From positions 62,001 to 126,000 of the forward strand of contig JAPMXV010000068.1 of the NCBI GenBank assembly GCA_026936335.1: 64,000 nt of DNA, in the 5' to 3' direction. Positions 36,179 to 49,194 of this stretch are shown in pieces. Every line of letters begins with the position of its first letter. The stretch's first letter is position 1. A program made the position numbers and the translations under genes. The stretch comes from Mantamonas sphyraenae STR306 (Eukaryota; Protista; CRuMs). The notes under the pieces were generated by a model. It worked only from the letters and a program-made list of their open reading frames with translations, was not told where the DNA came from and did not search any database.

Positions 36179-37066
36179 ATGTCAGCGATCCTGCGCTGGA
36201 TCCGCACAAAGACGGATCTTCCAGCCCTTGATGGCTCGTCTGACTCCACATTCTACAGTTCGCCGTTTGTCAGTGACGCGGTGCTCCTTGCGTACCGCTC
36301 GTTTGTGTTCTTCCTGCTCCTCGGCTCCGAGCTGTGGCAATGGTTCACGTATGACAATTTCGGCAACCACTTCCGCTATTTCACCAACCTGTCGTTGGAC
36401 TCGTACGTGCTCCTCACCGGAATGCTGTGCTACGCGTCTCTGTGGGGCGTGTACTCCGCCCGCAAGGCCTCGCTCCTGCGGCCCTCTCCTCGCGAGTTTT
36501 CCGTCGATTTCCGCCGCTTCGTCAGCATCCTCGCCCAAATCAGTTTGAGCTTTGGCATCATGACCATTGTTGTGGTACGTGCAGTGGGTGAGGGAGTGCG
36601 TGTGTGTGTGTTTTGCTCTGTGCCAGAGTCTGCTGGAGATGCGTTCACGCTTGCACACTCACACTGGCCCGCAACACAGTACTGGACGCTGCTGTACAAT
36701 CCCAACGACGAATACGAAGACTGGACATACAACAACCTCATCCGCCACCTGTTCAACCTCGTCCTCTTCTTTGGCGAGACGCTGCTCAACAGCCTCCCGC
36801 ACAACCCTTACCACATCTGGATGGCCTGGGGCGCCCTCCTGGCGTACATGTTTTTCACTTGGATCTACTACGCCTTCACTGGACACTGGGTCTACTGGTT
36901 TCTGAACCTCAATCGCGACACACGCTTCATCATCTACCCAGGTCTCTTTGTCGGCTACTCCATCTTCTTTTGGGGCCTCGCACAAGGCACGTACTACCTG
37001 CGCGACACGCTGCAGCGCAAGTTTGCCCCAAACAGGAATGTGGAGCCGCCCCACGAGCCCCTTTGA
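36179..37066 (+). CDS. Second FAR-17a/AIG1/rolling-stone-like multi-pass membrane protein (~260 aa)
   Basis: Exons 36179-36574 and 36680-37066 (105-nt in-frame intron GTACGT..CACAG). RYFTNLS, VYWTLL, RHLFN, WVYWFLN. Confidence 0.8.
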   Translation: MSAILRWIRTKTDLPALDGSSDSTFYSSPFVSDAVLLAYRSFVFFLLLGSELWQWFTYDNFGNHFRYFTNLSLDSYVLLTGMLCYASLWGVYSARKASLLRPSPREFSVDFRRFVSILAQISLSFGIMTIVVVRAVGEGVRVCVFCSVPESAGDAFTLAHSHWPATQYWTLLYNPNDEYEDWTYNNLIRHLFNLVLFFGETLLNSLPHNPYHIWMAWGALLAYMFFTWIYYAFTGHWVYWFLNLNRDTRFIIYPGLFVGYSIFFWGLAQGTYYLRDTLQRKFAPNRNVEPPHEPL

Positions 37067-37108
37067 TGGCAACAATGAAAAGGCCCACGTCGTTTTCACT
37101 AGCTTTCC

Positions 37109-40100
37109 TCATTGCTCAAATCTGCTCGCCACACTCTTGGCCCACTCCAACACCTTGCGGTCGCCGTCATCCGTGAGCTCGGTCATGCGCACACACAATT
37201 GGTTGGCCAGCAGCTGCTCGGCCTCGCTGCCTCCGCTGAGCTGCGCCACCACATCCACGTCCTGTTCACTGACGAGCCACATCACCAGGGACACACCCTC
37301 ACGTCGCAGCTGTGTGTACTTGCGATCTTCCAGAGCATATTGCACGCCTCGCATCACTGTCGCCAGGGTGGCGTTGTCCAACACAGCTTCCAGCGTCGCC
37401 TTGCCGTTGCCCTCCTGCTCTGCAATCCGCTGCAGCACGGAATGCATGCACTGCACAAGCGTCACGCGGACGGTCCACGTCGAGCTGGCCACCCCGTCAG
37501 CATACACCTGCAGCAGCTTGCGCCCGCGCTCCTCGTGCCACGCCTGATCCACGCCGCCCTTTGGGTACGCGCTCTCCAGCACGCCATACACTGCCTCTCG
37601 CAGGAAAGGATCCTTTGCCTCCAGCTCTGCCTGCTCTCGCTCCTTGTCCGCCTTGGATTTGGCCTTGCTGCTGCTACTGCTGCTCGTATCGTTGCCATCG
37701 CCGTCGTCGACGGCCACCACCTCGACGTCCTCCCCAGTTGCCTCTGCCTCTTCTTTCCACTCTACAATGTCCATCAGCTTGTCCGCCACCTCATCGTATA
37801 CATCCAGTTGAAAGTGATCCAACACTGTGGCCAGAGCCAGCACAGCATGTCGCTTGTAGAAGCGATCCTTGCGTCCGCACTCCTTCATGAGCAGTGCCAA
37901 CACATCTGTGTTGCCATACGGCTCGCTCGCTGCCTCTCTCCGCAACACTTCCTCCGAACATGCAACCGCAATGCTCGCCAGCGCCTCCACCAACTTTTCT
38001 TTGCCTTCAAACAGGCGCCCACGCAACGCCGCCGCAACCACAGGCATCACCGACGCGTAGTGTTCCGCAAAGTCGCCCTTGGCAAACCCTGCAATCTTGG
38101 CAAACATTTGAGCGCCCTGCTTCTTGATCGACCACCGCGACGCCTGAATGCAGTCCAGCGCCAGTTCGACCATTTCGCTACGATACAGTCGCACGCCGGC
38201 CTCCTCGCCCGGCGCCACCTCCTCCCAAACCTCTTTGAACTTGAGGCCCACCTCTTTGTCGCTGTCAAACGTGCCCAGGTACACAATGGGCATCACGTCG
38301 ACCAAAACGCACGCATGGTGTCGGAGCTGTACCGTTGCAGGGCTACGTATGCCTGGGCCACAGTCATGCGAATCTCCACACTCGACTCGCTACTTTGGTC
38401 GCGTGTGTAGTACATGGAGCGCAGCGAGGTCAGGTAGGTGTTGACGCGCTTCTGCTTGGACACTCGGCACAGATACGCAGCAGCCATGGCAAAGTGCTTG
38501 CGCATGGCTGGGCTGCGGTTCTTTTCCATCCCGCTGCTGATGGCCTTGAGCAGCTTGCCGCTGTACGTGCGCATGTCCAGCGGCCGGTTGTTGACCAGCG
38601 AGCAGATGTACTTGGCGCACGCCACGGTGGTCGGCAGTCCCACGGCGCTCTTGATGATGGTTGTCAAGCGCGGCACGAGGTCGTCGAGCACACTGTCGTT
38701 GATGTACGGGATGATTGTTTCCACCGTCTCGTACATCGGCGTGCGCTGCGACATGGTCAGCCGCGCGTTTTCCAGCTGCTCCGTCGTCATGTCCATCTTG
38801 TCGGTGTGGAACTGCATGTACGAAAACGCCTGCGGCTCCAGGTTGCTCAGCGACTCGAGAAGGATCACCGTCATCTCTGGGATGTGCTTCTGCACAAGAA
38901 TGCCCGCCGCCTTGGTCACCTTGACAATGTACGACACGGAAAACACCTGCACCTCCTGTGAACCACTGGCAATGCCCTTTTGCACGAGGAAAGGAAGCAC
39001 AATGTCCACAGCTTCCTGTGCCTGCCCTCCGTTGCTCAGCGACGGGTCACAAAGCCGCACGCTCATCTCGCCCAACTTTTGCGCAAGCATCTTTCCGCTC
39101 TGCCGCACTGTCTCTTTGATGTCGTCCATCACGCGCGATGACCGAAGCCACAACTCCTGCAGGAACGGGCGCACATCCCGCATGGCTCGGCCAGCCAGCA
39201 GATCCACAAGACCGAGCGCGCTGGCCTGACGCACACGCCACAGCCTGTTGTACATGCCCTCCAGCAACTCTTCCATGATGCCTGCAAAGTGCTGGTCGAT
39301 CGCCTTTGCTGGATCGCGCAGGAGAGACAACCACACCTTGCCCATCGCGTTGGCCACCTTTTCGTTCGGGTCGTACCGATAGCGGTAGAGCTTGGGCACC
39401 AGCGTTTTCAGGTGCTCTGCAAACTCGCTGTTGTCTTCGCCGCTGCTCTCGCCAATGGCCAGTGCCGTGCCCTTCATCGTGTTCCACATCGCGGACGAAC
39501 GGCTCAGGTCCAGCAGCCGGTACACCAGATCGGGCTTTCCCAGGTCGTTTGCAATGTTGCACAGTTCCCTGTACGTCGACATGCCTGGTCCAGGGGCCCC
39601 TTCTGCAAACAGCGTCGGCACGTCGTCGACAACCTCAAGCTCCTCTTCGTCGTCTTCGTCCTCCTCTTCCTCTTCCTCTCCACCTTCCTGCGTCGCATCA
39701 CCACCAGCACTGCTGCTACTGCTACTGCTACTGCTGCTGCTACTGCTACTGCTGCTGCTACTGCTGCTCTGCGTCGTCTTTTTGCCTTTCTTCTTTTTCT
39801 TCTTGCCGCCCGTGGACAGCGCATGCACCAACGAGTCGACCAGCTCCTTGCGCGACTCGTCGCTGCTGTGGTCAAACACAAGCGAGAGGCCCTTGGCGGC
39901 CAGCTCCTGTGTAAACTCGTCCTTTTCGCTGAGAAGCAGTGAGAAACGCCTCTGAATGCCCATCAGCACCTTGCCAATGCGTGCGTGCGACCCCGCTCGG
40001 TTCATCAGACACACCATCCAAATGCACGCGGCCGTACGCACGTTGACGTTGCTCGTCACCATGCGTTCCATGACCAGAGCCAGCACACGGTCCATGCGTT

Positions 40101-43100
40101 CGTCTGCGCTCACGGTTGCCGTGTCGCCCTCGCCCTCGCTCTCTGCATCCTGCTTGCCATGGTTCCCCTGGCTCCCTGTGTTGTCAAAGTCACTTTGGCG
40201 CAGTGCCACCAGAGACAACACGTCTCCAAGGGTAAAGTGGAGATCGGGAGACTTTTGCCGCTCGACACTCATCAGTGCATCGAGCACGTGCTCCAGCGTC
40301 CACACACTGCCATCGCCCACGCTGAGCATGCCCAGCGCACGTGCAGACTCGGCCGTCACCTTGCTGTCCTTGCTCGACAGCAGCTGTTTGAGCTTTTCCA
40401 CCATGGTGCGCTTTGTCAACGCCGCCTGAGCAAGCTGCTTCTCCCGATCGCGCTTGCTCTTCAGCTTGCCCGAGTCGTCCTCGTTGCTTGCTTTCCACTC
40501 TTCGTCGTCCATGCCCTGGTCGCACGGCAGAGCACTGGCAGCGCCAAACACGGAAATGGCACGGCAGCACGAGCGCACAATCGTCAGGCTGTTGCTGCTC
40601 AGTTGTGTGTAAATGAGCGACAGACACACGTACACCAGCTCTGCATCGATGCGCTCCAGCGCCTGCTGTGTGCCTGCGGCCGCAAACGTGCGCGCCAGCA
40701 CGTTTGCAAGCAGATGCACAGCAGCATCCATCTTTTCCACCTGCTGGCCCGTCTGCAGAATCTCCACCTGAGCGCGCAGCATGCTCTGCAGGTCTGCGTC
40801 ACTCGACTGCGACAACACATAGCCGATGATGGATGCGACCAGCTCGCGCGTCTCGGTCTTCATGTGGCCCAGGAACCCCATGAGCCACTCCACGCGCTCG
40901 GCAAACGCTCCACACACGCGCTCGGGGATGCGACTCACCACCATGTGCAAGTCTGCGATTGCTTCGCTCTGCAGCTCCGCGTTGGGACGCAACGTCAGAG
41001 CAGAGTCCATGTGCTCCATGTACATTGGCAGCGCGAGCTCGCCAGCATCGTCCATGGCTTCCAGCAGCTCTGTCAGCGACACGCCTCGCTTCTCGGCCGC
41101 AAACTCTAGACACTGCCTGCTGAACCGCAATGCGTTTGCGTAAACGTTCTCCGCATACGGCAGCTTCACCGCCCCGGCCAGCGTGCGCCCGTGGTTTCCT
41201 GCCTTGCGCTCAGCCATTTTGCTGTCCAGGTAGGCCACCCATGATGAAAACTCTGGGTACTCTTGCAGAGCACCGCGCGGCGCCACAGGTGCCTGTGCCT
41301 GGGTCTCCTCATCGCTGCTACTGCTCGACGATGACGACGACGAAGACGAAGAAGAAGACTCGCCAGCACTCGCCACCACCGTGCTCAATCCGCTGCTGAC
41401 ACTCGTGTAGAACGTGTCAATTTGCTCCACGGGAAAGTTGCTGCGCTTCAGCGCCTGCCTGGCCTCTTCGCGCACCTCGGCGTTGTTGTCGTCACTGGCC
41501 AGCAGACAAATGTACCGTGCAGGCATGTCTGCAAACGCGTACAGACGCCTCGCAAAGTGCACGGCTGTGGCACGTGCTGCAATCTCGTTGTGCTCCACAT
41601 ACTCCAGCAACAAAGCCTCCAGCTCCTCGGCGAGCATGCTCTGCTGTGTGATGCGTGCATGCTCCTGGATGGCACCACAGATTGTGCTCAGCGTCTCCTG
41701 CACAGAAATGCGTACGCTGGGCTGCTCCTTGCTGATGGCGTCAAACAGCTGGCGTAGCAGGGCAAAGTCTTCGGCAAAGAGTGAGGGGACACGAGGGGCC
41801 AGGGCTGCCATGGTCGAGTACACAGAGCTACGCAAGTAGTCTGCGGTGATGTTCACGGTGTCGAGCAGCTTGAGCAGGGCGGGAAGCAGCACCGATCCGC
41901 CCTGAGCCATTTTGGCGTCGCTGAGCTGGTGACACATCCACAGGGCAAAGGGCACGCCCGCAGCCTGCAGCTTCTGGTTGTCCTCCTCACTGAACAGGGC
42001 GTCAAACAGTACCTTGAGGCTCTGGCTGAGCAGGTTGGCAGCGCGTGTGCTCTTGCACAGCAGCGAAAGGATCTTGATCTTGTGCTGCGCGGTCAGTGGG
42101 CCGAAGCGGTTGCCCTTCTTGACCCCTTTGGTGTCCATGGTGCCTGTGTACAGTCGAAACAGATGTTTGACGACGTTGGCATCCTCCAGGTCGAGCTGGT
42201 GCAGACGTTTGAGCTGGTCGCTCGCGGTGTCGGCCACCTCGTGGTGTGGGTCGCAGCTGGCCACCAGCAAATGGTTCACTTTCTCGTTGTCCGGCACAAG
42301 AGGCATGTTGAGCAGCTTCACGATGCTCCGCTTGCTCTCTTTGAGGCCCTGGGTCAGCTGTGCGCCGCCGCCGGTGATGCGCGCCAGACCATTTGTGGAC
42401 ATGCCACGTGGCACCTGGTCTTCGCTGTACTGGTGTTGGTAGAGCAGCATCTGCATGGAAAAGTCAAGAAAGAGGGCACGCGTCTCTTTGTCCAGCAGGA
42501 AGGCAAAGGCCTCGTCGCGGGCGCCCACGTCCGTCGGCACCTTGACTTGGTCCACGACCGAAAAGGCCAGCTGCAGAAGCATGTCCCTGTGTTCGGTCTT
42601 GGTCACGTGCTTCACGTTGGCCATCAGCGCGGGAAACAGGGCCACTTTGGCCTCTGCGTCCAGACGCTTGATCGCCATGTCGACGTAAATGGCGCAAAAG
42701 TTGCGCACCATCAGGTCGGTGTTGGGAGCAGTGAACAGGTCGATGAGGTCGTTCACGGGCAATTGCACAACCTCGCGCGTCTTGACACGCTCGTTGATGT
42801 GCGACAGAAGCTCCAGCACCTGGCGGGGCGAGGCGGAAGGTCGGAATCAGCCTTCCGCAACCGTGAACTCACGGGCCGGAATCCCACCGCCACACGCAGC
42901 TGCGCCCGCGCATCCCCGACGCACGCATACACACGCAAGCACACGTATCGGATGTGGGGATTCGTTCCAAGGCAGCCATGTCGCGTGACCACACCCCTTG
43001 ATTGGTGTCTCTTTGACGACAACTCACCTTGTTGCGCACGACCTCTGCTCCCGTGAGCTTGTTCAACACGGGCACAAGAAACTTGGCCAGCAGTGACTCG

Positions 43101-43323
43101 AGCTTGTCTTCGTCCGACATGAGGAATTTGAATTCTACCTTTTCCAGGCTGTGAGTGTGTGGGGGGGCAGGGGGGTTGGACGCGGCAGAACGGGGGTTAG
43201 GGGCTACGGGTTGGAGGCGTTGCATGGACCACAAAGGCGCACGCACAGGCTCATGTCATGTGTGGCCTGTGCCAATTCCGACACCTCATTGTGCTGGGGG
43301 TCGTCTTCTTGCGTGGAGGACAT
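37109..43323 (-). CDS. ECM29: Proteasome adapter/scaffold ECM29 (HEAT repeats), with a one-base frameshift at ~38304-38307
   Basis: Exons 43323-43247, 43148-43028, 42819-37109 (introns of 98 and 208 nt). KFLVPVLNKL, VQLPV, STYRELC, LVPKLYRYRYDP, WRVRQAS, DDIKETVR. ORFs 38293-42819 and 37109-38305 join if one T is added. Confidence 0.9.
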
Positions 43324-43398
43324 GTCGCAGTTGTGGTGCGGCCGACGGCGCAAAAGAAGACTCCACACACGCATCAGCGTTGCACACTTGGCCCACCG

Positions 43399-46300
43399 AT
43401 GTCACGAAACACACAGGGAGCCAGTGGGGGTGTGCGCTTCACGGTGGTGCGCAACAAGAAGCCAATCAAGAGTGTGGAAAAGTCGCTTGCGTCTGCTGGT
43501 TTGCTCAACACGGCCAAGGTGGGCCATGGGGGCAAGCACGGACACGGCAAGTCGCCCAAAGGGGGTTCGCGTGTGCAGGGCACACCGAAACAGGGCAACA
43601 CAGGCCATTTGGGCGACGGAGCAGGCGGCGGGAGGAAGGTGAGGGCCAATGCCCGGTTTTGACCGTTCCATTTCTGCAGGATTGCACAGCAGCGCTGTGG
43701 CTGACACCAGAGCGATGCAGGCGTCACCTGGACGGGAATTGCAGGGGCAAGGGACAGTAGGACAGAGTATGCCGGGTCAGAAACAGGGAGATTTGTCACC
43801 CAGGGGAAGCAGCGGGCTGGTGAAACCGGGACGCACGGCAGCGATGCAGGTGGGCCACGTGACACAGCACAACCGGCTACGCCGAGGCCCCAAGGGCAAC
43901 ACAGTGGTGGCTGGACAGGGACCACCGAGTGCCACAGCAGCAAACCTGCAGATGAGCACACGCAGGGCAAGCCAAACATCACATGGGGCAGGCGAGAGCG
44001 CAGAAGGCGAGGAGGAAGAGGAGGCGCTCGCGCTCGTGACCCAACCTGTGTTTTCCACCGACGCCGGATGGGCACTGACGGCAGAGCCGATGATGGTGCA
44101 GGTGGTGACTGTCCAATCACCACCCAAAGGGGACAAGGACAACAAGGAGGCGGAGGGAGGGCGGCGTAGCAGCTCGCAAGCATCGTTGTCTCGTCCGGGC
44201 AGTGCGCGAGGCGAGACATCGCCACGCAGCGTAGGAGACACAACCGAACTGAGTCGCACACCGTCGCCCAGCACCATGCTGGACCCTCGCAGGCTGTCGA
44301 CGTCTCGCGCGGGAAGTGCGCTGTCGCTGCGGAGCGACGACAGCGTCGACGAAGCTGTGCTGACGATGTGGCCCGAGACGTTTGACGCGCACCAGCAAGA
44401 GCGCGGACGCAGGCGGCAGGAACGACAGGCAAAGAGAGAGGCGGAGAAGAAGAAGCAGACGACGGCTGGGCAGGCAAAGGAACAGGAGCAAGAGCGAGGG
44501 GATGGGGACGGGACAACAGACACGCACGAGGAAGCAAGAGACAAGGGACGCACAAAACGATCGGACAGCGTTTCGACACAGGGGACACACACATCGACGA
44601 CAAATGCGCCCATGGCAGACAGCGTGGAACGTGCGTTGCGTGTGATGCCTCTGGACACACGCTTCTCCGTGGAACGGGACGGGACGTGGCAACGGCAACG
44701 ATCGCGAAGCAACAGCATCAGCAGCCAAACGTCCGACCTGGGCTCCAACCTGGCTGTGGACGAGCTGCCCACGTACTCGCCCTCGTTGGTGTCGATTTCC
44801 GAGAGCAAGGACATTGGCCACTTTGCACCACTGCAGGCCGGCAGCGACAGCCCCACGGGTGTGGGAAGTCCCGGCATTGTGGGCCACCGCTCGCCATCGG
44901 TGATGCTGGACAGGCCACGATCGCGAGCTCGCAAGGCAGCGTCGTCGCGGGAAGGACGTCGCACGCCGGCGGCCGTGAGCATGCTTCACCAGGTGAGTCC
45001 ACGGTACATGCCCATGCCCAGGTTAGTGGAGACGCCTCAGGAAGGGGACGAGGAGGCGCGTGCAGACTTTGTCTCGCGTCACGCAGACAAGCACAAGCAG
45101 ACAATGAGTCCGCAGGCGCTGGATGCCCTGCACATGCTGCAACACGATCCCAACGACTGGCGCTACGAGGATGGCTACTTTGTGCCCAATCGCTCGGATG
45201 CCATCAGTCCCGAGACGCTGTTCCAGTCGACGGTGGAGCTGGTGGAGAAGGCAAAGGAAATCGAACGGCTGAAACGCGAGGCGCTGCACCGCAAGCAGCA
45301 CACGATCGACGTGCCACGCAAGCCCAGGCGGCGCAAGAAGCAGGGTGGAGGGAGTCAGGCAGGCACTGCTGGCCATACGTCGTCGTCGCCGCCCAAGGGA
45401 GGATCACCACCCAGGCAGCAGCATCGCAAGATCGCGCCGACACGGATCCCCGAAGAGTTTCACAGGTTCACAGAGTATCCCGTTCGTGCAGGAGACACGG
45501 AAAAGTCGCTGATTGAACGCGGCATTCTGCGCTCAAAGGACCGCGGCTTTGTGCAGCGGTGGTTCCCGTCAGAGCGGCCATCAGACAATCGGGCCGAGGT
45601 GGAACAGCTTGAAGAGACGCTGGACGAAATGCTGGAGCGTGTGCGCACAGACACACAGAGTGCAGGGGGCATGCTGGACAGGCTGCACACAGAGAAGGAG
45701 GTGTACGATGTGGTGCTGAGCGAGCTCATCCGGCAGGTGTCCCACCATTGCCAGGAGCGGGGAGAGCTGCTGACGCGCGTGTGCACCGAGTTTGTGACGA
45801 TGGGTGTGCGCGACCTGCCACACTTGGTGGCACGGGAAAAACGACGACGCAAGGAGCAGAAGGAAAAGGTGGAACGGTTGACAGCACAGCTGGCCGCAAC
45901 GACGGCAGAGCGGGACCTGCTGCACGCACGGGTGGCGGAGCTGGAGCACTCTGTGCAGCGGCTGGAAGAGGACAACAACGACCTGCGCAACGTGCTCCAG
46001 CTCACACGGGAGCACACGCTGAAGCAGCAGTGGCGACAGCAGGAGGACACGGACGGCGAGGAGGAAGTCGAGGGTGACGACGACGACATGGACGACGGCG
46101 ACCCGCAAGACATGGATGGAAACGGCGAGGGAGACACACACACGGGCAAAGGGGTGTATGCAACAGGCGTCACACGTGACCAGGGCGAGAGGCAGCCACG
46201 CGTGCCGTCACCGCACAACCGTGAAATGGCCAGTCTGCGAAACAGGCTCTGGGAGGGCATGTCACAGGCAGATCGGGACGCATACGACCCCGAAACATCC

Positions 46301-46756
46301 AAAGTGCCCAATGTGGGACCAGGAGATAACCATCTGCCGAGCTGGGCCAAGGGAGGAGGCGCACGTGACGAGATGCCCACGGCTGCGCAGGCACGCAACC
46401 GCAGACGGCGACAGAGCACAAGCAGTGACTCGAGCGCACGCATCAGTGGACCTTTGCCGCAGATGGTTGTATCCGGATCGGCAGAGGGCCAGAACGAAGA
46501 GTCAAAGGCAAAGCCGGGCAGCCAACCCGATTCGCCGCGTCGCCACAAACTGATCGTTCAGCTGAACCCCAAGCGACCTCGCGCGCGCTCCAAGCACAAG
46601 AGTCTTGTGTCCGAGTCTGTGTTTAGCTCACCCAAGCCCAAGTGGATGCAGCTTGCACAGGAGGAAGATGACGATGACGACAACGATTCGATCTTTGACG
46701 GCGAGTTTCTTGGCGAGGGCGGCGAGGTGGCTGAAGATTGGACAGAGAATGTGTAA
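43399..46756 (+). CDS. Large low-complexity protein with an axonemal dynein light chain (p28/AXDND1-like) domain and coiled coil
   Basis: Probable exon 1 43399-43638 (or ending 43518), acceptor 43720 after branch GCTGAC. WFPSERPSDNRAEVEQLEETLDEML..VYDVVLSELIRQVSHHCQERGELL is the p28-family motif (ELIRQV..C.ERG.LL). Confidence 0.75.
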
Positions 46757-46761
46757 TGTAA

Positions 46762-47948
46762 TCAAGTTGATTGCTCCTCAGGCGTGGATTCGTCTCCAGG
46801 TGTGGGTTCCGCTCCAGGTGTGGGTTCCTCCTCAGCGGCAGGTTCCTCCTCAGCGGCTGGCTCCTCCTCAGCGGTAGGTTCCTCCTCAGCGGTAGGTTCC
46901 TCCTCAGCGGCTGGCTCCTCCTCAGCGGTAGGTTCCTCCTCAGCGGTAGGTTCCTCCTCAGCGGTAGGTTCCTCCTCAGCGGTACCCTCCTCCTCAGCGG
47001 CACCCTCCTCACCGTCAGCGGCACCCTCCTCCTCGGCGTCAGCACCTTCCTCCACTTGTTCCTCTTCCTCGCCTGTTCCCTCCTCCTGACCCTCCTGATC
47101 ATCTCCCTCGGTCTCGAGGGTGTGCTCATCGTGCGCTTCACCGGCGACGGCGCTGGCGACAACGGCGGCGACGGCTTCGCTGACATTCTCCTCCTCCTGA
47201 CTCATGACACGCACAGGCACAGAGACAAGCTCGCTGGACTCGACATCCACCACTTCGTCCACAACTTCGGTGACCTCTTGGTGCAACTCCTGTTCCAGGT
47301 CGTCAAGGCCGCATTCTTCCAGCTCCTCCGGGCCAAGCATCTCCTCCTCATCATGTGTGACAATCACATCGCCCAGGTTGTCACACACGTACACGCGTCC
47401 CTCCGAGTCGATCAGCTGAAGTCCTGTGATCCTGCGCATCCCTGGTCGCATTGCAAAGAGCTCCACGTCGACTTCGATTGATTCTCCGGCTTCCACAGAG
47501 CCCAGCGACGTGCCGACCACTCCGTTCAGTGCGATGCCTACCGACTTGCCTCGATTCACGTGCAGCGTCAACTTGACACTGCGTTCCATGTTGTTTGTCA
47601 CCGCCACACGCACTGTGAACGGCGCACTCACCTGCACGCGCGCTGGACTCTGCACAAGCCGCATCTGCACAGGCGATTTGCGTGGCATGCGTCGTTGCAG
47701 GTAGCTTGTCTGCAGCCTGCCCGAGTCCCCAAATGCGTTGCGCCACTTGATTTCCACCTTGCCAATCACCGCCGTCTCTGCATCCTGCAGCGATCGTCCC
47801 AGCGGCGTCAATTTGTACAGAAACTGCCGAATGTCGTTCGGCTCCATGTAAAACACGTTGTTGAATGTGCTCTGGCTCTCCCCGCGCAGCTTGGCCACAA
47901 GGCCCTTCAGAAGCTCGTTCTTGTCGTCTGAATCGCCTCCACCGCTGC

Positions 47949-47982
<34 letters not shown>

Positions 47983-49101
47983 GCTTCCTCCACCTCCACT
48001 CGCACTCTTGTCTCCGTTTGCACTTGGCACCGCACTCAGATCCTGGAAAGCAAAGTGTTTGGCAGGCTCAAAGTTGACGGCGTTCACGTACAGGTGCGAC
48101 GGCGTGTTGTTCTGCAGCTGCATCTCGAGGAACACGGACGAATCCATGCTGTGCGTCTTGGTCTTGACACCCAGCGGGTTCATCACCTGGAACTTGAAGA
48201 ACTTGCGAAAGTACTTCTTCTCGCCCTCCACCTCGCCGATGCGATCCAGCGCGTACGACACCGAACACACCAGGATGTGGATGCCAATCTCCTTCACCTC
48301 GTGGCTCACGAGGAAATCCATGGCCTTGAACGGGCCAAACGGCTTTGGCTGTTCGGGAGTCCAGTCAAGCAGCGCAAAGCGTGTGGTCGACGTCTGCAAC
48401 TCAGCCTGAACACACACACACGCAGCCATCCCCGCGTCAGCATTCACACGCACACATGCACTCCACTACCCTCTCTGTGCCACTCACCTTGACGTTTGAA
48501 ATCTTTACTGGCTGCTCCGTGATGTTGGACACGTTGAAATAGCCCCGGAACGTCTCGCCAAGATAGATGTTGCTGAGGGCAAGGAGGGAAATCAGTTCGC
48601 CGCGTTAGCCATTCCACCCGCAGCCGCCTGTGACGACACCCTTTCACAACCATACACGCATCCCACGCTTGCCACGTGTCCATTGCACCCATGTGTGTTT
48701 CCTCTGCCCTTCTGTGGCACTCACCCAAAGCTGCTCGGCAGCAGAAGCGCTTCGCTCAGTCCCAGCCTGTTGATGGACGGCGACCAGCCCTCCTGCGGCG
48801 TATCGCTCAGCAGCCGCGTGTCGTTCTTTTCCCCGTAATAGTCTGTTTTGGCGTCGTGGCTCAGTCCCAGCCGGTCCATGTCCTCCGAATACAACGGCAG
48901 CGACAACTGGAACTTGGGCGGCGCCAGTCGCATCACTTTTCATCGCACCCCCGCAACCCCCGCACCCCTTGCATGCGTCAGTTTTGTCCTCCATGACCGT
49001 GTCCCACCACCCTCTTTCACCACACGCCACTCTCTTGATTCCCAACACCCACCTCGCAGCGCAAGAAACTGCTCGCTCTCTGCAGACGCGTTGCTGGCCA
49101 T
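46762..49101 (-). CDS. TRAPPC13: Trafficking protein particle complex subunit 13 with acidic repetitive tail (~662 aa)
   Basis: Exons 49101-49053, 48935-48725, 48572-48488, 48405-46762. LALRVMRL, LPSSFGNIYLGETF, HEVKEIGIHILVC, FRKFFKFQV, GRLQTS. Confidence 0.92.
46781..47035 (-). repeat. Coding 18-bp minisatellite (EEEPTA/EEEPAA) in the TRAPPC13 tail
   Basis: Twelve contiguous 18-bp units at 46781-46996 (+ strand consensus GCGGTAGGTTCCTCCTCA), then degenerate copies. Confidence 0.92.
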
Positions 49102-49194
49102 CTCTGCTCGTTTCCCTGGCGCAGGTGTCGCCAGCCAACCCGCATGCAGCTCCAGGCCGCACACAACCTACAGGCTGTGCAGCCTTCAGCTTAC

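Noticed and set aside
38293-38320. Programmed -1 frameshift or cryptic intron in ECM29
   Set aside because: No X XXY YYZ slippery site, and the candidate 51-nt intron keeps the wrong frame. A homopolymer indel is simpler.
46781-46996. Regular repeats resembling a CRISPR array
   Set aside because: Contiguous 18-bp units with no spacers, in frame in a eukaryotic CDS, and no cas genes.
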